Source of the DNA: a virus
DNA length: 64,000 nt
Direction: 5' to 3' (one strand)
Virus record (IMG/VR): IMGVR_UViG_3300043811_000226
Made by a program: the position numbers and the translations under genes. Shown here piece by piece: positions 48,067 to 56,765 of this stretch (position 1 is its first letter; each line of letters begins with the position of its first letter). The notes beneath the pieces were generated by a model. The model made no database searches. It was not told where the DNA came from and was given only the letters and a program-made list of their open reading frames with translations.

Positions 48067-48699
48067 ATGAGAGAGCCCCAGACTGGCGGCCTCCAGCTAC
48101 CGAAGGACATCGGCATCTCGGACACCGAAGTCCAAGTCATCGCCGGCCGATGGAACACCGTCGGCGACGTCGACGCCCGACTCAAAAGGTTCGGCATCCA
48201 CGAAAACCAGGAGCCCGACGTCGTCTGTCCCATTGTTACCGCGGAGGAGCTCGTCAACCCAGATCTCCAGCGGTACACCATCGTCTACGCAGCGCAGCTG
48301 CGCTGGTACAACTACGCCGTCCGTCTGCACGCGGACATCAAGGCCGTCCTCCTGGGCGTGCAAAACGAGATGTCCGACATCGAGTCCGCCAAGCGCATCC
48401 ACTTCCGGCAGCGCGACGAGGGCAAGAAGGACAAGGACAAGATGTCGGCGACCGAGATGAAGGACCTCATCAACATGGACCCGGTCTACCGCGAGCTGCG
48501 TGTACAGGAGCAGCACTTCTCGCAGCAGAACCTCAAGATGAGCGCCTGGGTCGAGTCGCTCGACCGAAACCTCAAGGTCGTCTCGAGGCAGATCGAGAAC
48601 CGCAAGGCGGAAGCCGCCGGCGGCATGCGTGAAGGCAACATGCCTGGCGCCACCATCGGCACTTGGGAGCAGCGGCAGGCAGCTCGTGGCGTTAGATGA
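48067..48699 (+). CDS. Coiled-coil protein, possibly UvsY-like recombination mediator
   Basis: Helical; LINMDPVY...SLDR...SRQIENR; lies in the recombination cluster. Confidence 0.45.
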   Translation: MREPQTGGLQLPKDIGISDTEVQVIAGRWNTVGDVDARLKRFGIHENQEPDVVCPIVTAEELVNPDLQRYTIVYAAQLRWYNYAVRLHADIKAVLLGVQNEMSDIESAKRIHFRQRDEGKKDKDKMSATEMKDLINMDPVYRELRVQEQHFSQQNLKMSAWVESLDRNLKVVSRQIENRKAEAAGGMREGNMPGATIGTWEQRQAARGVR

Positions 48700-49142
48700 T
48701 CCGCCTTGAGCTGCCCTGGGTCCCGCCCACCTCGAACCTGGCCTACTTCAATCTCCCAAGAGGAGGTAGGGCGCTCACAAAGAAGGGTCGAGCCTTCCTC
48801 ACGGAGACCAAGGCGCACATCGCTCAGCACTACCCGACCGCTCTACGCTTCTTTCGCCCGAACAAACCCTACGCGATGCTCCTACGCTTCTTCTTCAAGG
48901 ACATCGAGAACAAGGGCTACGCGAAAGGAAAGGCCGATGCGAGGTATAAGGTCTTCGACGGCGGCAACCGCACCAAGCTCCTCGAGGACGCTCTCAAGGA
49001 CGCAGGAGGCATCGACGACTCGCAGACCATGATCTCCATGTGGCAGAAAGTCTACGGGACACCCGAACGAACCGTCGTCTTCGCATGGAGCATGGAAGAA
49101 GAAAGCACCCCATTCGATGAACTCCTACGACAGCTCACCTGA
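48696..49142 (+). CDS. rusA: RusA-like Holliday junction resolvase
   Basis: PPTSN, DGGNRTKLLEDAL, IDDSQ. Confidence 0.8.
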   Translation: MIRLELPWVPPTSNLAYFNLPRGGRALTKKGRAFLTETKAHIAQHYPTALRFFRPNKPYAMLLRFFFKDIENKGYAKGKADARYKVFDGGNRTKLLEDALKDAGGIDDSQTMISMWQKVYGTPERTVVFAWSMEEESTPFDELLRQLT

Positions 49143-49494
49143 CGAGTTCTACGAGCTCTTCAACCGCTGCAATCACAGTGAGCTCTATCAGATTGCGCGG
49201 CGCAACGGGCATGTAGTATTCCCCAACGCCTCGCGCGAGACACTCATCCGACTCATCATCGGCCAAGAGATCTCTACAGCCATCGACCATGACATCGACG
49301 AGTGGCGCCTCGCCATCATGCGGTTTCTCATCGACCACCGGCGGATGCTCGAGACCCAGATCACCTGCCCCGCCAAGTCCTTCGACCCGCATGCCTGCTT
49401 CGGGTGCGTAGACGTCCAAGTCATCAGCTGCATCACCAGCAACGGCCACGAAAACCAACGACTCATCCAGCTTCGCAAGAAGAAGACCTTGTAA
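49117..49494 (+). CDS. Hypothetical protein with C-terminal Cys cluster
   Basis: 125 aa; CP...ACFGC...C. Confidence 0.65.
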   Translation: MNSYDSSPDEFYELFNRCNHSELYQIARRNGHVVFPNASRETLIRLIIGQEISTAIDHDIDEWRLAIMRFLIDHRRMLETQITCPAKSFDPHACFGCVDVQVISCITSNGHENQRLIQLRKKKTL

Positions 49495-49503
49495 GGAGAG
49501 ACC

Positions 49504-50397
49504 ATGTCCGAATCGACGATGACCCCACAGACCGCTCCCCGCGACCGCAACCGCCTCTTGACGGAGTCGCCCTTCCAGCTGCGCATCCTCGTCCAGAAAC
49601 TCGGCGGTCTGTCGACCGACGAGCAGAAGATGAGCTGGCACGACATGAAGTCGAAGGAAGCGCAGGTCGACTACGTGCTGAAGCTGCTGCTGCAGTGGGA
49701 CCAAGCCAATCCCGGCGCCGCGCAAGCGCCCCCTCCTGCCGGTCCGGTTCCCACCTCGAACGGAGCGATGCCTTACCAGCCGCCTCCCATGATGCAGGCA
49801 CCTCCGCAGCAGATGGTGCCACAACAGCCGCAGCAATCGATGCAGCCCGCACCACACTACGCTCCCCCTGGCGTGATGCCGCACGCTCCCATCCCTGGAG
49901 CGATGATGCAGGCACCTCCGCAAGTTCCGCAGGTCAACCCCGCCGCCGCGCAGCAGGTCCAGCAGGCCACAACCGAGACGACCAAAGCGCGCCGACAGCC
50001 GAGGACGCCCTCTGACGCACAGGCACCGCAACCCACCGCAGACATCGGCGTCGAGATCGTCGGACTGCTAACCACGCTCAAGGCCAGCGCCGATGCACAG
50101 GTCGCTCGCTACGATCAGTTCCAATCGTACCTCACCTCGTTGCTGCAAGAAGCGTCCGACTCCAAGAACAGTCGCGTCACCGCCCTCGAAGCCAAGTACG
50201 CCGATGTCCATGCGACGCTGCAGCAGACCAACCAGTACCTGCAGTCCATCTCGCAGGTGCAGACCTGGACGCTCCTGGCTTTCCTCACCTTCATGCAGGA
50301 GAACATGGGCGCGTCGATGACTGACCTCCTCGGAGCTGCCATCAGTGACAGCGCCACCTTCCAGCAGCTGGTGAACAAGGCCACGGGAAAAGTCTAG
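49504..50397 (+). CDS. Hypothetical protein: N-domain, P/Q linker, C-terminal coiled coil; ends at a slippery site
   Basis: 297 aa, AAGGAG SD; last codons ACG GGA AAA GTC TAG. Confidence 0.8.
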   Translation: MSESTMTPQTAPRDRNRLLTESPFQLRILVQKLGGLSTDEQKMSWHDMKSKEAQVDYVLKLLLQWDQANPGAAQAPPPAGPVPTSNGAMPYQPPPMMQAPPQQMVPQQPQQSMQPAPHYAPPGVMPHAPIPGAMMQAPPQVPQVNPAAAQQVQQATTETTKARRQPRTPSDAQAPQPTADIGVEIVGLLTTLKASADAQVARYDQFQSYLTSLLQEASDSKNSRVTALEAKYADVHATLQQTNQYLQSISQVQTWTLLAFLTFMQENMGASMTDLLGAAISDSATFQQLVNKATGKV

Positions 50398-50597
50398 TCG
50401 CCGTACTCGAAGACACGTGGCCTGGGTGCGTACGCCCCTCGACCGTAGACATTCTGCGCTACGACGAGGCTGCCATCGATGCTCTGAGCGACGCGTCGGT
50501 CCTACTACTCGCCCGCCAGGTCGGGGTTCTGGTTGATGAAGAGATCCAGTTCCCTGCCCTGGTGCGAGTGCGGCTAAAGCGCAACACCTACCAATAG
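50385..50597 (+). CDS. Putative -1 frameshift extension (68 aa) of the 49504 gene
   Basis: GGGAAAA at 50385-50391; the -1 frame is open to TAG 50595-50597, right before the terminator, and has no usable start codon. Confidence 0.65.
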   Translation, partial: GKSLVAVLEDTWPGCVRPSTVDILRYDEAAIDALSDASVLLLARQVGVLVDEEIQFPALVRVRLKRNTYQ

Positions 50598-50633
50598 AAA
50601 GGGTCGCTCTCCTTCGGGAGGGCGGCCTTTTTT
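50598..50633 (+). terminator. Intrinsic terminator between convergent blocks
   Basis: GGTCGCTCTCC-TTCG-GGAGGGCGGCC-TTTTTT. Confidence 0.85.
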
Positions 50634-50638
50634 CTTAG

Positions 50639-53600
50639 CTATTCGTCGCTAGGCTTGCCTCGACGGATGTAGATGGGTGCGTTGTCGCTGCTGTCCGACG
50701 AGGGCTGCGGGGCTACTTGGAGTGCTGGTATAGTCGTTATTGGGGCGGGCTTGCCAACGACGCGCGCCGAGACAGGCAACGTACTCGGAACGGCCGGAAG
50801 TACCAGAGGCCCAAGCTGTCCTGGAAGGAGTATGACAGGCGGTGGTGGTGGCGGCCCTGGGGGCGCCGGCGTGATCACGAGGAAGTAACTACCTACCCCC
50901 CAATCGTCGAAGATGCCCGCACCGAGCTCATAGTGCGGCGCCACAAAGGGCTGCGTACTGCCTTCGCCTGAAGCTACACCCGCAGGCGTCAAAAGCAGGG
51001 AGAGAGAAGATGTCGGCAGCGCTTCACCAGAGGAAACTCCCGCAGGCGTCAAGCTCAATGTGAGAACCGGGCGCGTCTGACCTTCTGCTCCTTCAATGCC
51101 TGCAACGAAGAACACGTGTGAGACTTCAGCAGGAGACAACACCTCCGCACTCGAGAGACCTGTGAGCGTAAAGGTGCTGCTCAACGTCTCGGCTCCGACG
51201 GCGCCTTCTCCTGTACCTGCAGGAGTAAGAACAAGGGCCACATCGCCAGCACCCACGTGTTCCTCCGACGCAACGCCGGGCAGCGTCGTAGTGAGCGTAG
51301 AAGTCTCGGGGGATAGGACTTCACCTGAAACAACACCGGTCAGCTTCCCTGTGGACGATGCAGTCGTACTTCCCACATCTCCACCGACGACTCCTGCAGC
51401 CGAAACAACAGGGCCGACCACAGGCCTGCCGACAGCTTCACCTGATGCAAGTCCTGGCAAGGTCGTCGTCTGTGTAGAAGTTGTGGGAGAAGTAGCCTCC
51501 GACGATTCAATGCCAGCCGGCGTTGCTGCAAACGAGATACGAGGAGAACCCAGGGCCTCGCTCGAGGCAACGCCTGACATTGTCACGATGATGCCAGTCT
51601 CCATGGCACCCTTGCCCACCTGCTCGTCGGACGGGACACCGGGAACGGTCGCAGTGAAGGAACTCGTTGGGGGAGACACGGCTTCGTCGCTCACGATGCC
51701 AGCAAGCTGAGAGACAACTGCGTGGACGACCCCGTGTCCCACCTGGTCGTCGCCGAGCGCACCCGGAGCCGTCGCGCCGAGGGTCGTCGAGGCGGGGCCC
51801 TCCTGCTCGTCGCTGGCGGCCCCCGAGAGGGTCCACGAGAGGTTCGTCGTCTCCCTCCCGAGCGCCTCGCCGGAGGCCACTCCGGAGGGGGCCAGGACCG
51901 CCGTAGCGGTCTCGGTGCCGACCGACCCCCCGTCGATGCCCGCCGCCGTCGTCCCGGACGTCGTGGAGGCCCCCGGGAGCCCCTCCGCACCCTCCACGCC
52001 GGTCAGGATCGAGGTGGCGCTCATCGTCTCGGGCGATAGCGTCTCGCCGCTCGGAACGCCGGCGGGGCCCACGGTGGGGCCGACCGCCGCGGGGCCCGCC
52101 TGCTCGTCGGAGGGCAGTCCCGCCAGGGTGCTCGTCTGCGAAGACGTCTCGGGCCCCACGTCGCCGCCGTCGATCCCGGATCCCGACAGGACCGCCGCCG
52201 TAGTCTCCGCACCCACACCCTCGCCCGACGGGACGCCCGCGATCGAGAGGTCCATCATCGTCGACGCCGGAGGAGACGCCTCGCCGCTGTCGACCCCCGC
52301 GAGGGTGGACGTGGTCGAGGACGTCTCGCTCCCGACACCGTCGTCGTAGACCCCGACCATGGTCCCCGCGACGACCTCGATGACCTCGGATCCGAGCGCC
52401 TCGCCGGAGCCGATGCCTGGGACCGCTAGCGTCGAGGTGATCGTCTCCTCGCCGACCACTTCTGCAGGTGGGACTCCCGCCGGCGCGACCACCGAGCTCA
52501 CATTCGGAGGACTCATCACCTCATCCGAGGCAGCACCTGGTTGCGAGAGATCTAGGGTGACGAGCGCACCCGCCGCCTGTCCTTCCTCTCCCGGAACGCC
52601 AGCGAGAGTGCTCGCGATAGAGAGCGTCTCCGGACTCAGCGCCTCCGCAGAGGTGACGCCGGCAGCAGATACGCTCGGACCAACCGAGGCCGGCGGCAGA
52701 GCCTCGCCGCTCGTCAGACCCGGAACGGTGAAGGTCGACGTCTCGGTGACGGACCCCGCCTGCTCCGCCGAGGGCACCCCAGCGGGGGACGGAGACGGAC
52801 CCACGTTCTCCGCGCCGACCGACTCGGCCGAGTGGACTCCAGCGACAGAGACGCTCGGTCCGACGTTTCCTGGTCCCACTTCCCCACCCGCGACCCCGGC
52901 AGGTCCAAGACCCATCGTCGTCGACGCAGGTCCGAGAACCTCCGCAGAGTCCACCCCCGAAGGAGACAGAGCGGGACCAACGTTCGCCGAGCCGACAGTC
53001 TCCGCCGAGTGGGCGCCCGCCGTGGAGACGTTAGGCCCGACGTTGCACGAGCCGTCCCCCTCGCCGCTCGCGACGCCAGAGGGACCGAGTCCGAGCGTCG
53101 TCGAGGCGGGACCGAGAACCTCCGCCGAGTCGATGCCCGTCAGGATGTTCGCCGCCGCCGCGGCCTTCACCGTGGGCTGCGTCGAGCCCTCCTCACTCGA
53201 GATCCCGGCGCCCTTCGTCGCGACGGTCGTCGTGGGCGCGCCGACGGTCTCGGCGCTGTGCACCCCTGAAGGCGCCAGTCCCAGCGTAATCAGGCGCACC
53301 GACGCGGGCGACTGTACCGCGAGGATCACCTGCACCCAGGTGGCACCCGGGCTGATCGGCGTCGTGGCCGTCTTCACCGTGCCCGCGATCGGCGCTGACT
53401 GCGTCTCGAGCATCGAGCCATAGCCTGTGACGCTGTTCGAGTCGGGGCTCCACCCAGCGCCGGCTCCCGTGGCGTTCGAGTAATTGAAGCAGTAGCCGAA
53501 GAGCAGCTCGTTGGGGGCTGCGGTGGTCGCAGGGCCAGCGGACGCGAGGCTGCTGTTGCCGCTGCCGAAGAGCACCGTGGGAGCGTCGATCATCGTGGCG

Positions 53601-54364
53601 GACTGCCCGCTCACCTCGACCACGTAGACCTCGGGCGCCGCGACGCCGCCGCCCCACGTGGCCTTTACCTTGTTGCCGGCGGCCCAGCGGTTGATCGATG
53701 CGCACTTGTAGACGGAGACCGATATGTTGTCGGTGCCGGGCGAGTACGTCGTCGATCCGACGAGCGTGTAGACGTTGCCGGCGTCGTCGGTGGGCGCGCC
53801 GGTCAGCACGTTCGTCGTGTCGCCCCAGCCGATGAAGACGAGGTTGCCGTTGCCGAGCGTCTGGGCCAGCGCAAAGGTCGCCGTGACCGAGCTTGGCGCG
53901 CCGTCGGTCACCGCCGTCTGCACGACGGCCGGCACGACTGGCGGCACGGGGGCGGTGCCCCCCTCGTAGGAGTGCAGACCCGCAGGCAACGGCGCCGGGC
54001 CCACGTTCGACGGCCCCACCTGCTCGCTCGAGTGGAGACCGGGCAGCGTCGTCGTGAGTGTGGAGGTGACGGGGCTCTCGGCCCCGCCCGAAGTGAGTCC
54101 GGGGAGCGTGCCGATGTGGTCCGCGATCGTGTCCGCTCCGACCTGCTCGGCGGAGGGGACGCCTGGGACCGAGAGGGCGACCGTCGTCGTCTGCGCCCCC
54201 AGGACCTCGTCCGAGGCGCTCCCCGGGATGGTCGCGTTCCCGACGGCCATCACGGTCGGCTCGGTCGCTCCCTCGTCCGACGGGATTCCCGCCGGGGCTA
54301 CGAAGACGGTCGGACCGATCTCCGCGACCGAGAAGCTCGCGATGGAGTTGTCCGCGATGGGCAC
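50639..54364 (-). CDS. Repeat-built fibre/filament protein (~45 units of ~20 aa)
   Basis: Recurrent G[VI]xSxE(x)xG unit; one inserted globular domain; Pro-rich C-terminus. Start moved to GTG 54364. Confidence 0.7.
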   Translation of the reverse strand: MPIADNSIASFSVAEIGPTVFVAPAGIPSDEGATEPTVMAVGNATIPGSASDEVLGAQTTTVALSVPGVPSAEQVGADTIADHIGTLPGLTSGGAESPVTSTLTTTLPGLHSSEQVGPSNVGPAPLPAGLHSYEGGTAPVPPVVPAVVQTAVTDGAPSSVTATFALAQTLGNGNLVFIGWGDTTNVLTGAPTDDAGNVYTLVGSTTYSPGTDNISVSVYKCASINRWAAGNKVKATWGGGVAAPEVYVVEVSGQSATMIDAPTVLFGSGNSSLASAGPATTAAPNELLFGYCFNYSNATGAGAGWSPDSNSVTGYGSMLETQSAPIAGTVKTATTPISPGATWVQVILAVQSPASVRLITLGLAPSGVHSAETVGAPTTTVATKGAGISSEEGSTQPTVKAAAAANILTGIDSAEVLGPASTTLGLGPSGVASGEGDGSCNVGPNVSTAGAHSAETVGSANVGPALSPSGVDSAEVLGPASTTMGLGPAGVAGGEVGPGNVGPSVSVAGVHSAESVGAENVGPSPSPAGVPSAEQAGSVTETSTFTVPGLTSGEALPPASVGPSVSAAGVTSAEALSPETLSIASTLAGVPGEEGQAAGALVTLDLSQPGAASDEVMSPPNVSSVVAPAGVPPAEVVGEETITSTLAVPGIGSGEALGSEVIEVVAGTMVGVYDDGVGSETSSTTSTLAGVDSGEASPPASTMMDLSIAGVPSGEGVGAETTAAVLSGSGIDGGDVGPETSSQTSTLAGLPSDEQAGPAAVGPTVGPAGVPSGETLSPETMSATSILTGVEGAEGLPGASTTSGTTAAGIDGGSVGTETATAVLAPSGVASGEALGRETTNLSWTLSGAASDEQEGPASTTLGATAPGALGDDQVGHGVVHAVVSQLAGIVSDEAVSPPTSSFTATVPGVPSDEQVGKGAMETGIIVTMSGVASSEALGSPRISFAATPAGIESSEATSPTTSTQTTTLPGLASGEAVGRPVVGPVVSAAGVVGGDVGSTTASSTGKLTGVVSGEVLSPETSTLTTTLPGVASEEHVGAGDVALVLTPAGTGEGAVGAETLSSTFTLTGLSSAEVLSPAEVSHVFFVAGIEGAEGQTRPVLTLSLTPAGVSSGEALPTSSLSLLLTPAGVASGEGSTQPFVAPHYELGAGIFDDWGVGSYFLVITPAPPGPPPPPPVILLPGQLGPLVLPAVPSTLPVSARVVGKPAPITTIPALQVAPQPSSDSSDNAPIYIRRGKPSDE

Positions 54365-54368
54365 GCGG

Positions 54369-55514
54369 TCACCACCACGCGATGTAGAGGAACCCGTTCC
54401 CTCCGGCGCCACCAGGACCGAACGTCACGCCGGCCCCGCCCCCCCCCCCGCCGCAGCCCCAGGATCCGTTGCCGCCCGTACCACCCGTACCCGCCGTCGC
54501 GCACGCGCCGCCCCCCGTACCGCCCCACATGAAGAACGGGTGTCCACGATCCCCGAAGAGAAACGATCCCGTGTGGCCCGCTCCTCCTGGACCACCCGCT
54601 ACCCCGGTCCCGCCGGGCACCGTCGCAGGGTAGTTGCTTCCCACGCCCGTCAGCGCGCCACCGGCGCCGACCGAGTTGCTCGAGCTGGCCGCGCCGCCGC
54701 CCGTGCCCGCGTTGGTAAAGGCGCCCGTCGCGCCTAGCGTAAGGGCGCTGCCCGCGACGGTGCCCGCCGCGTTTCCCCCGCCGGCCCCCTGCACGCCAGC
54801 ATTCGCGCTCCACGCCCCCTTCGGCGAAAAGCTCGTCGAGAGCGTTATGCCACCGCCCCCGCCGCCCGAGGCCGACCCGGAAGCGCCCCCGCCCGTTCCG
54901 CCCGAGGCGTTGCTCGCGGCGCTGATCAGGATGAGCCCACCCACCGACTGCGACGGAGAGTCCGCCACGTACGTCGTCGCGGGCGAGGACCCCGTCGCGC
55001 CGCTCGTGGACCCACCCGCCCCTCCGGCGCCGATCGAGTAGTAGAGCGCCGATGGCAGCATGGTCGCCATGAAGGTGATCGAGGTGACACCGCTAGACCC
55101 TCCGCCTCCACCTCCGCCCTTCGCCGTGCTCGTCGCCGCCGTCAGGCCCGCTCCGCCCCCTCCGCCTCCCCCGCACGCGACCATGTAGACGCTGGACGCC
55201 GACTTCGGCTTGACCCACGAGTTGTACCAGTTGCTCCCGTTCGGGACCCAGCCAGGGATGAGGACCTCGCGCGCCTTCGGGTTCGGCTTACCGTCGCCGA
55301 GCGCCGCCATGATGAACGGCATGAGGATCGGCGCCTGACCGATCTCGGGGTCCATCGGCGGCATTTCGCCGCGCCCCCAGTGCCACCAGAACTCCTCGTG
55401 CTGCCGCGGGATGGGGGCTCGCGCCAGCGCGACGAGCCGGTCGCGATCCGGCGTCCACAGGCGTCCTCCGCCGTCGTAGCGGTACGCCCTCGCCAGGCTC
55501 TCGCGGAGGCGCAT
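54369..55514 (-). CDS. Glycine-rich tail-fibre-type protein
   Basis: WVKP..VYMVACGGGGGGG ... GGAGGNGFLYIAWW pattern typical of phage Gly-rich domains. Confidence 0.7.
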   Translation of the reverse strand: MRLRESLARAYRYDGGGRLWTPDRDRLVALARAPIPRQHEEFWWHWGRGEMPPMDPEIGQAPILMPFIMAALGDGKPNPKAREVLIPGWVPNGSNWYNSWVKPKSASSVYMVACGGGGGGGAGLTAATSTAKGGGGGGGSSGVTSITFMATMLPSALYYSIGAGGAGGSTSGATGSSPATTYVADSPSQSVGGLILISAASNASGGTGGGASGSASGGGGGGITLSTSFSPKGAWSANAGVQGAGGGNAAGTVAGSALTLGATGAFTNAGTGGGAASSSNSVGAGGALTGVGSNYPATVPGGTGVAGGPGGAGHTGSFLFGDRGHPFFMWGGTGGGACATAGTGGTGGNGSWGCGGGGGGAGVTFGPGGAGGNGFLYIAWW

Positions 55515-55517
55515 CGG

Positions 55518-55970
55518 TCAGTAGTCCCTCGCGAAGGCCGTCGCGTCCCACTGCGTGCTCGCGGCCGGCGACGCGCTCTGCTGCACGAGGAGAAACGTTC
55601 CGGTCGGGAGTCGCGAGAACGGAGGGATCCAGACGACGGGCGTCGTCTGGTTGGTCGCGTGGTCAGCCGACTGCGACGCGCACGACTGCTCGCCGATGAG
55701 CTTCGTGTTGCTGCTCGTCGTCGACCCGCTCGAGACCGTGGAGAGGTAGAAGCGCGCGACGCACGCCTGCGTGCTCGTGGCTGCCGCCGTCGACGTCGGC
55801 ATCAGGATGACGCCGTCGAGCTCCGAGTCGTTCGCCCCCGCCGACGTCAGGAGGAACGTGTCGGTGCCGATGGTGCCGCCGCCCTCGGACGAGTTGTTGC
55901 CGGCGGTGATGATGGCGGAGACGACGTTCGCCTTCGCCGCCCACTGCGGCTGCGTGTTGGCGGTGCTCAT
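55518..55970 (-). CDS. Small S/T-rich virion protein
   Basis: 150 aa, beta-rich, in the fibre cluster. Confidence 0.55.
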   Translation of the reverse strand: MSTANTQPQWAAKANVVSAIITAGNNSSEGGGTIGTDTFLLTSAGANDSELDGVILMPTSTAAATSTQACVARFYLSTVSSGSTTSSNTKLIGEQSCASQSADHATNQTTPVVWIPPFSRLPTGTFLLVQQSASPAASTQWDATAFARDY

Positions 55971-56380
55971 TGTTCAACCTTCGGCGCAGCCGCCTCTTCC
56001 TTCTCCCTGGCGTAGCGCACCCTCTCGGACGCGTTCCACGCGACCGACGCCTCGTAGCGCCCTCGGATCACCGCGACGTCTGGTACACGCTGGAAGGGGT
56101 CTCGAGTCGGACCCATCGACCAGTGGAACCGCCCGACGAGCGGCTCGAGGAAGCTGATCGACAGCGGGTCGGCGAGGCAGTCCATGAAGACGCCCGACGG
56201 GTGGTGCGGTCCAAGTACGAGCCCCAGGCCCTCGAGCTCCGCGCGGTCCGAATCCTCCCCGCTCACCCAGCCGTAGAGGTTGCCCACCATGGGCCGGTTG
56301 GCCTCTAGCTTCGTGCGCTCAGCAGCCCAGGCCCGCATCTCCTGCTGCCACTTCTGAACCGCCTCGGTGTTCTCTGCCAC
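55967..56380 (-). CDS. Hypothetical protein
   Basis: Start moved to GTG 56380 (GGAGG SD). Confidence 0.6.
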   Translation of the reverse strand: MAENTEAVQKWQQEMRAWAAERTKLEANRPMVGNLYGWVSGEDSDRAELEGLGLVLGPHHPSGVFMDCLADPLSISFLEPLVGRFHWSMGPTRDPFQRVPDVAVIRGRYEASVAWNASERVRYAREKEEAAAPKVEQ

Positions 56381-56390
56381 GTCCTGCCTC

Positions 56391-56753
56391 CTAGTTGCTC
56401 GGGTACTGGTGCGAGGCAAAGGCCGCCGCGTACGAGTTGTCCCACTCCGTCTCAGCAAGCTTCGCACAGGCGACCGTCGTCGTGGGCCCAGGGAAGTTCA
56501 CGAGGGCGCCCGAGTTGCTCGACGAGGTCACGAGCAGACGCTGGAGCGTCGTCCCGCTCAGCGTGTAGAGGCCGATGCCCGTCTCCCAGTTGGTCCCGTC
56601 GGAGGCCGAGTAGGCGACGACCGACGTCGTGTTCGGGAACGCCGTCGAGAACGGGATCCAGGGTCCGGGAGTGACGGCGCCCGCCAGGGTCCACGTGCCC
56701 GTGCCCGTGGTGGCCGTCGTCTCCTTGACCCAGTCTGCGTAGCGGCCGGGCAC
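56391..56753 (-). CDS. Tail-fibre N-terminal-type domain protein
   Basis: WVKETTATTGTG...WETGIGLYT...SSSNSGALVNF pattern common in phage fibre proteins. Confidence 0.6.
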   Translation of the reverse strand: MPGRYADWVKETTATTGTGTWTLAGAVTPGPWIPFSTAFPNTTSVVAYSASDGTNWETGIGLYTLSGTTLQRLLVTSSSNSGALVNFPGPTTTVACAKLAETEWDNSYAAAFASHQYPSN

Positions 56754-56765
56754 CGCGGCCTCCTC

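Noticed and set aside
54364-54449. Fusion of the Gly-rich gene to the repeat gene via the G11 tract
   Set aside because: A TGA at 54427-54425 in the downstream gene's frame blocks read-through.
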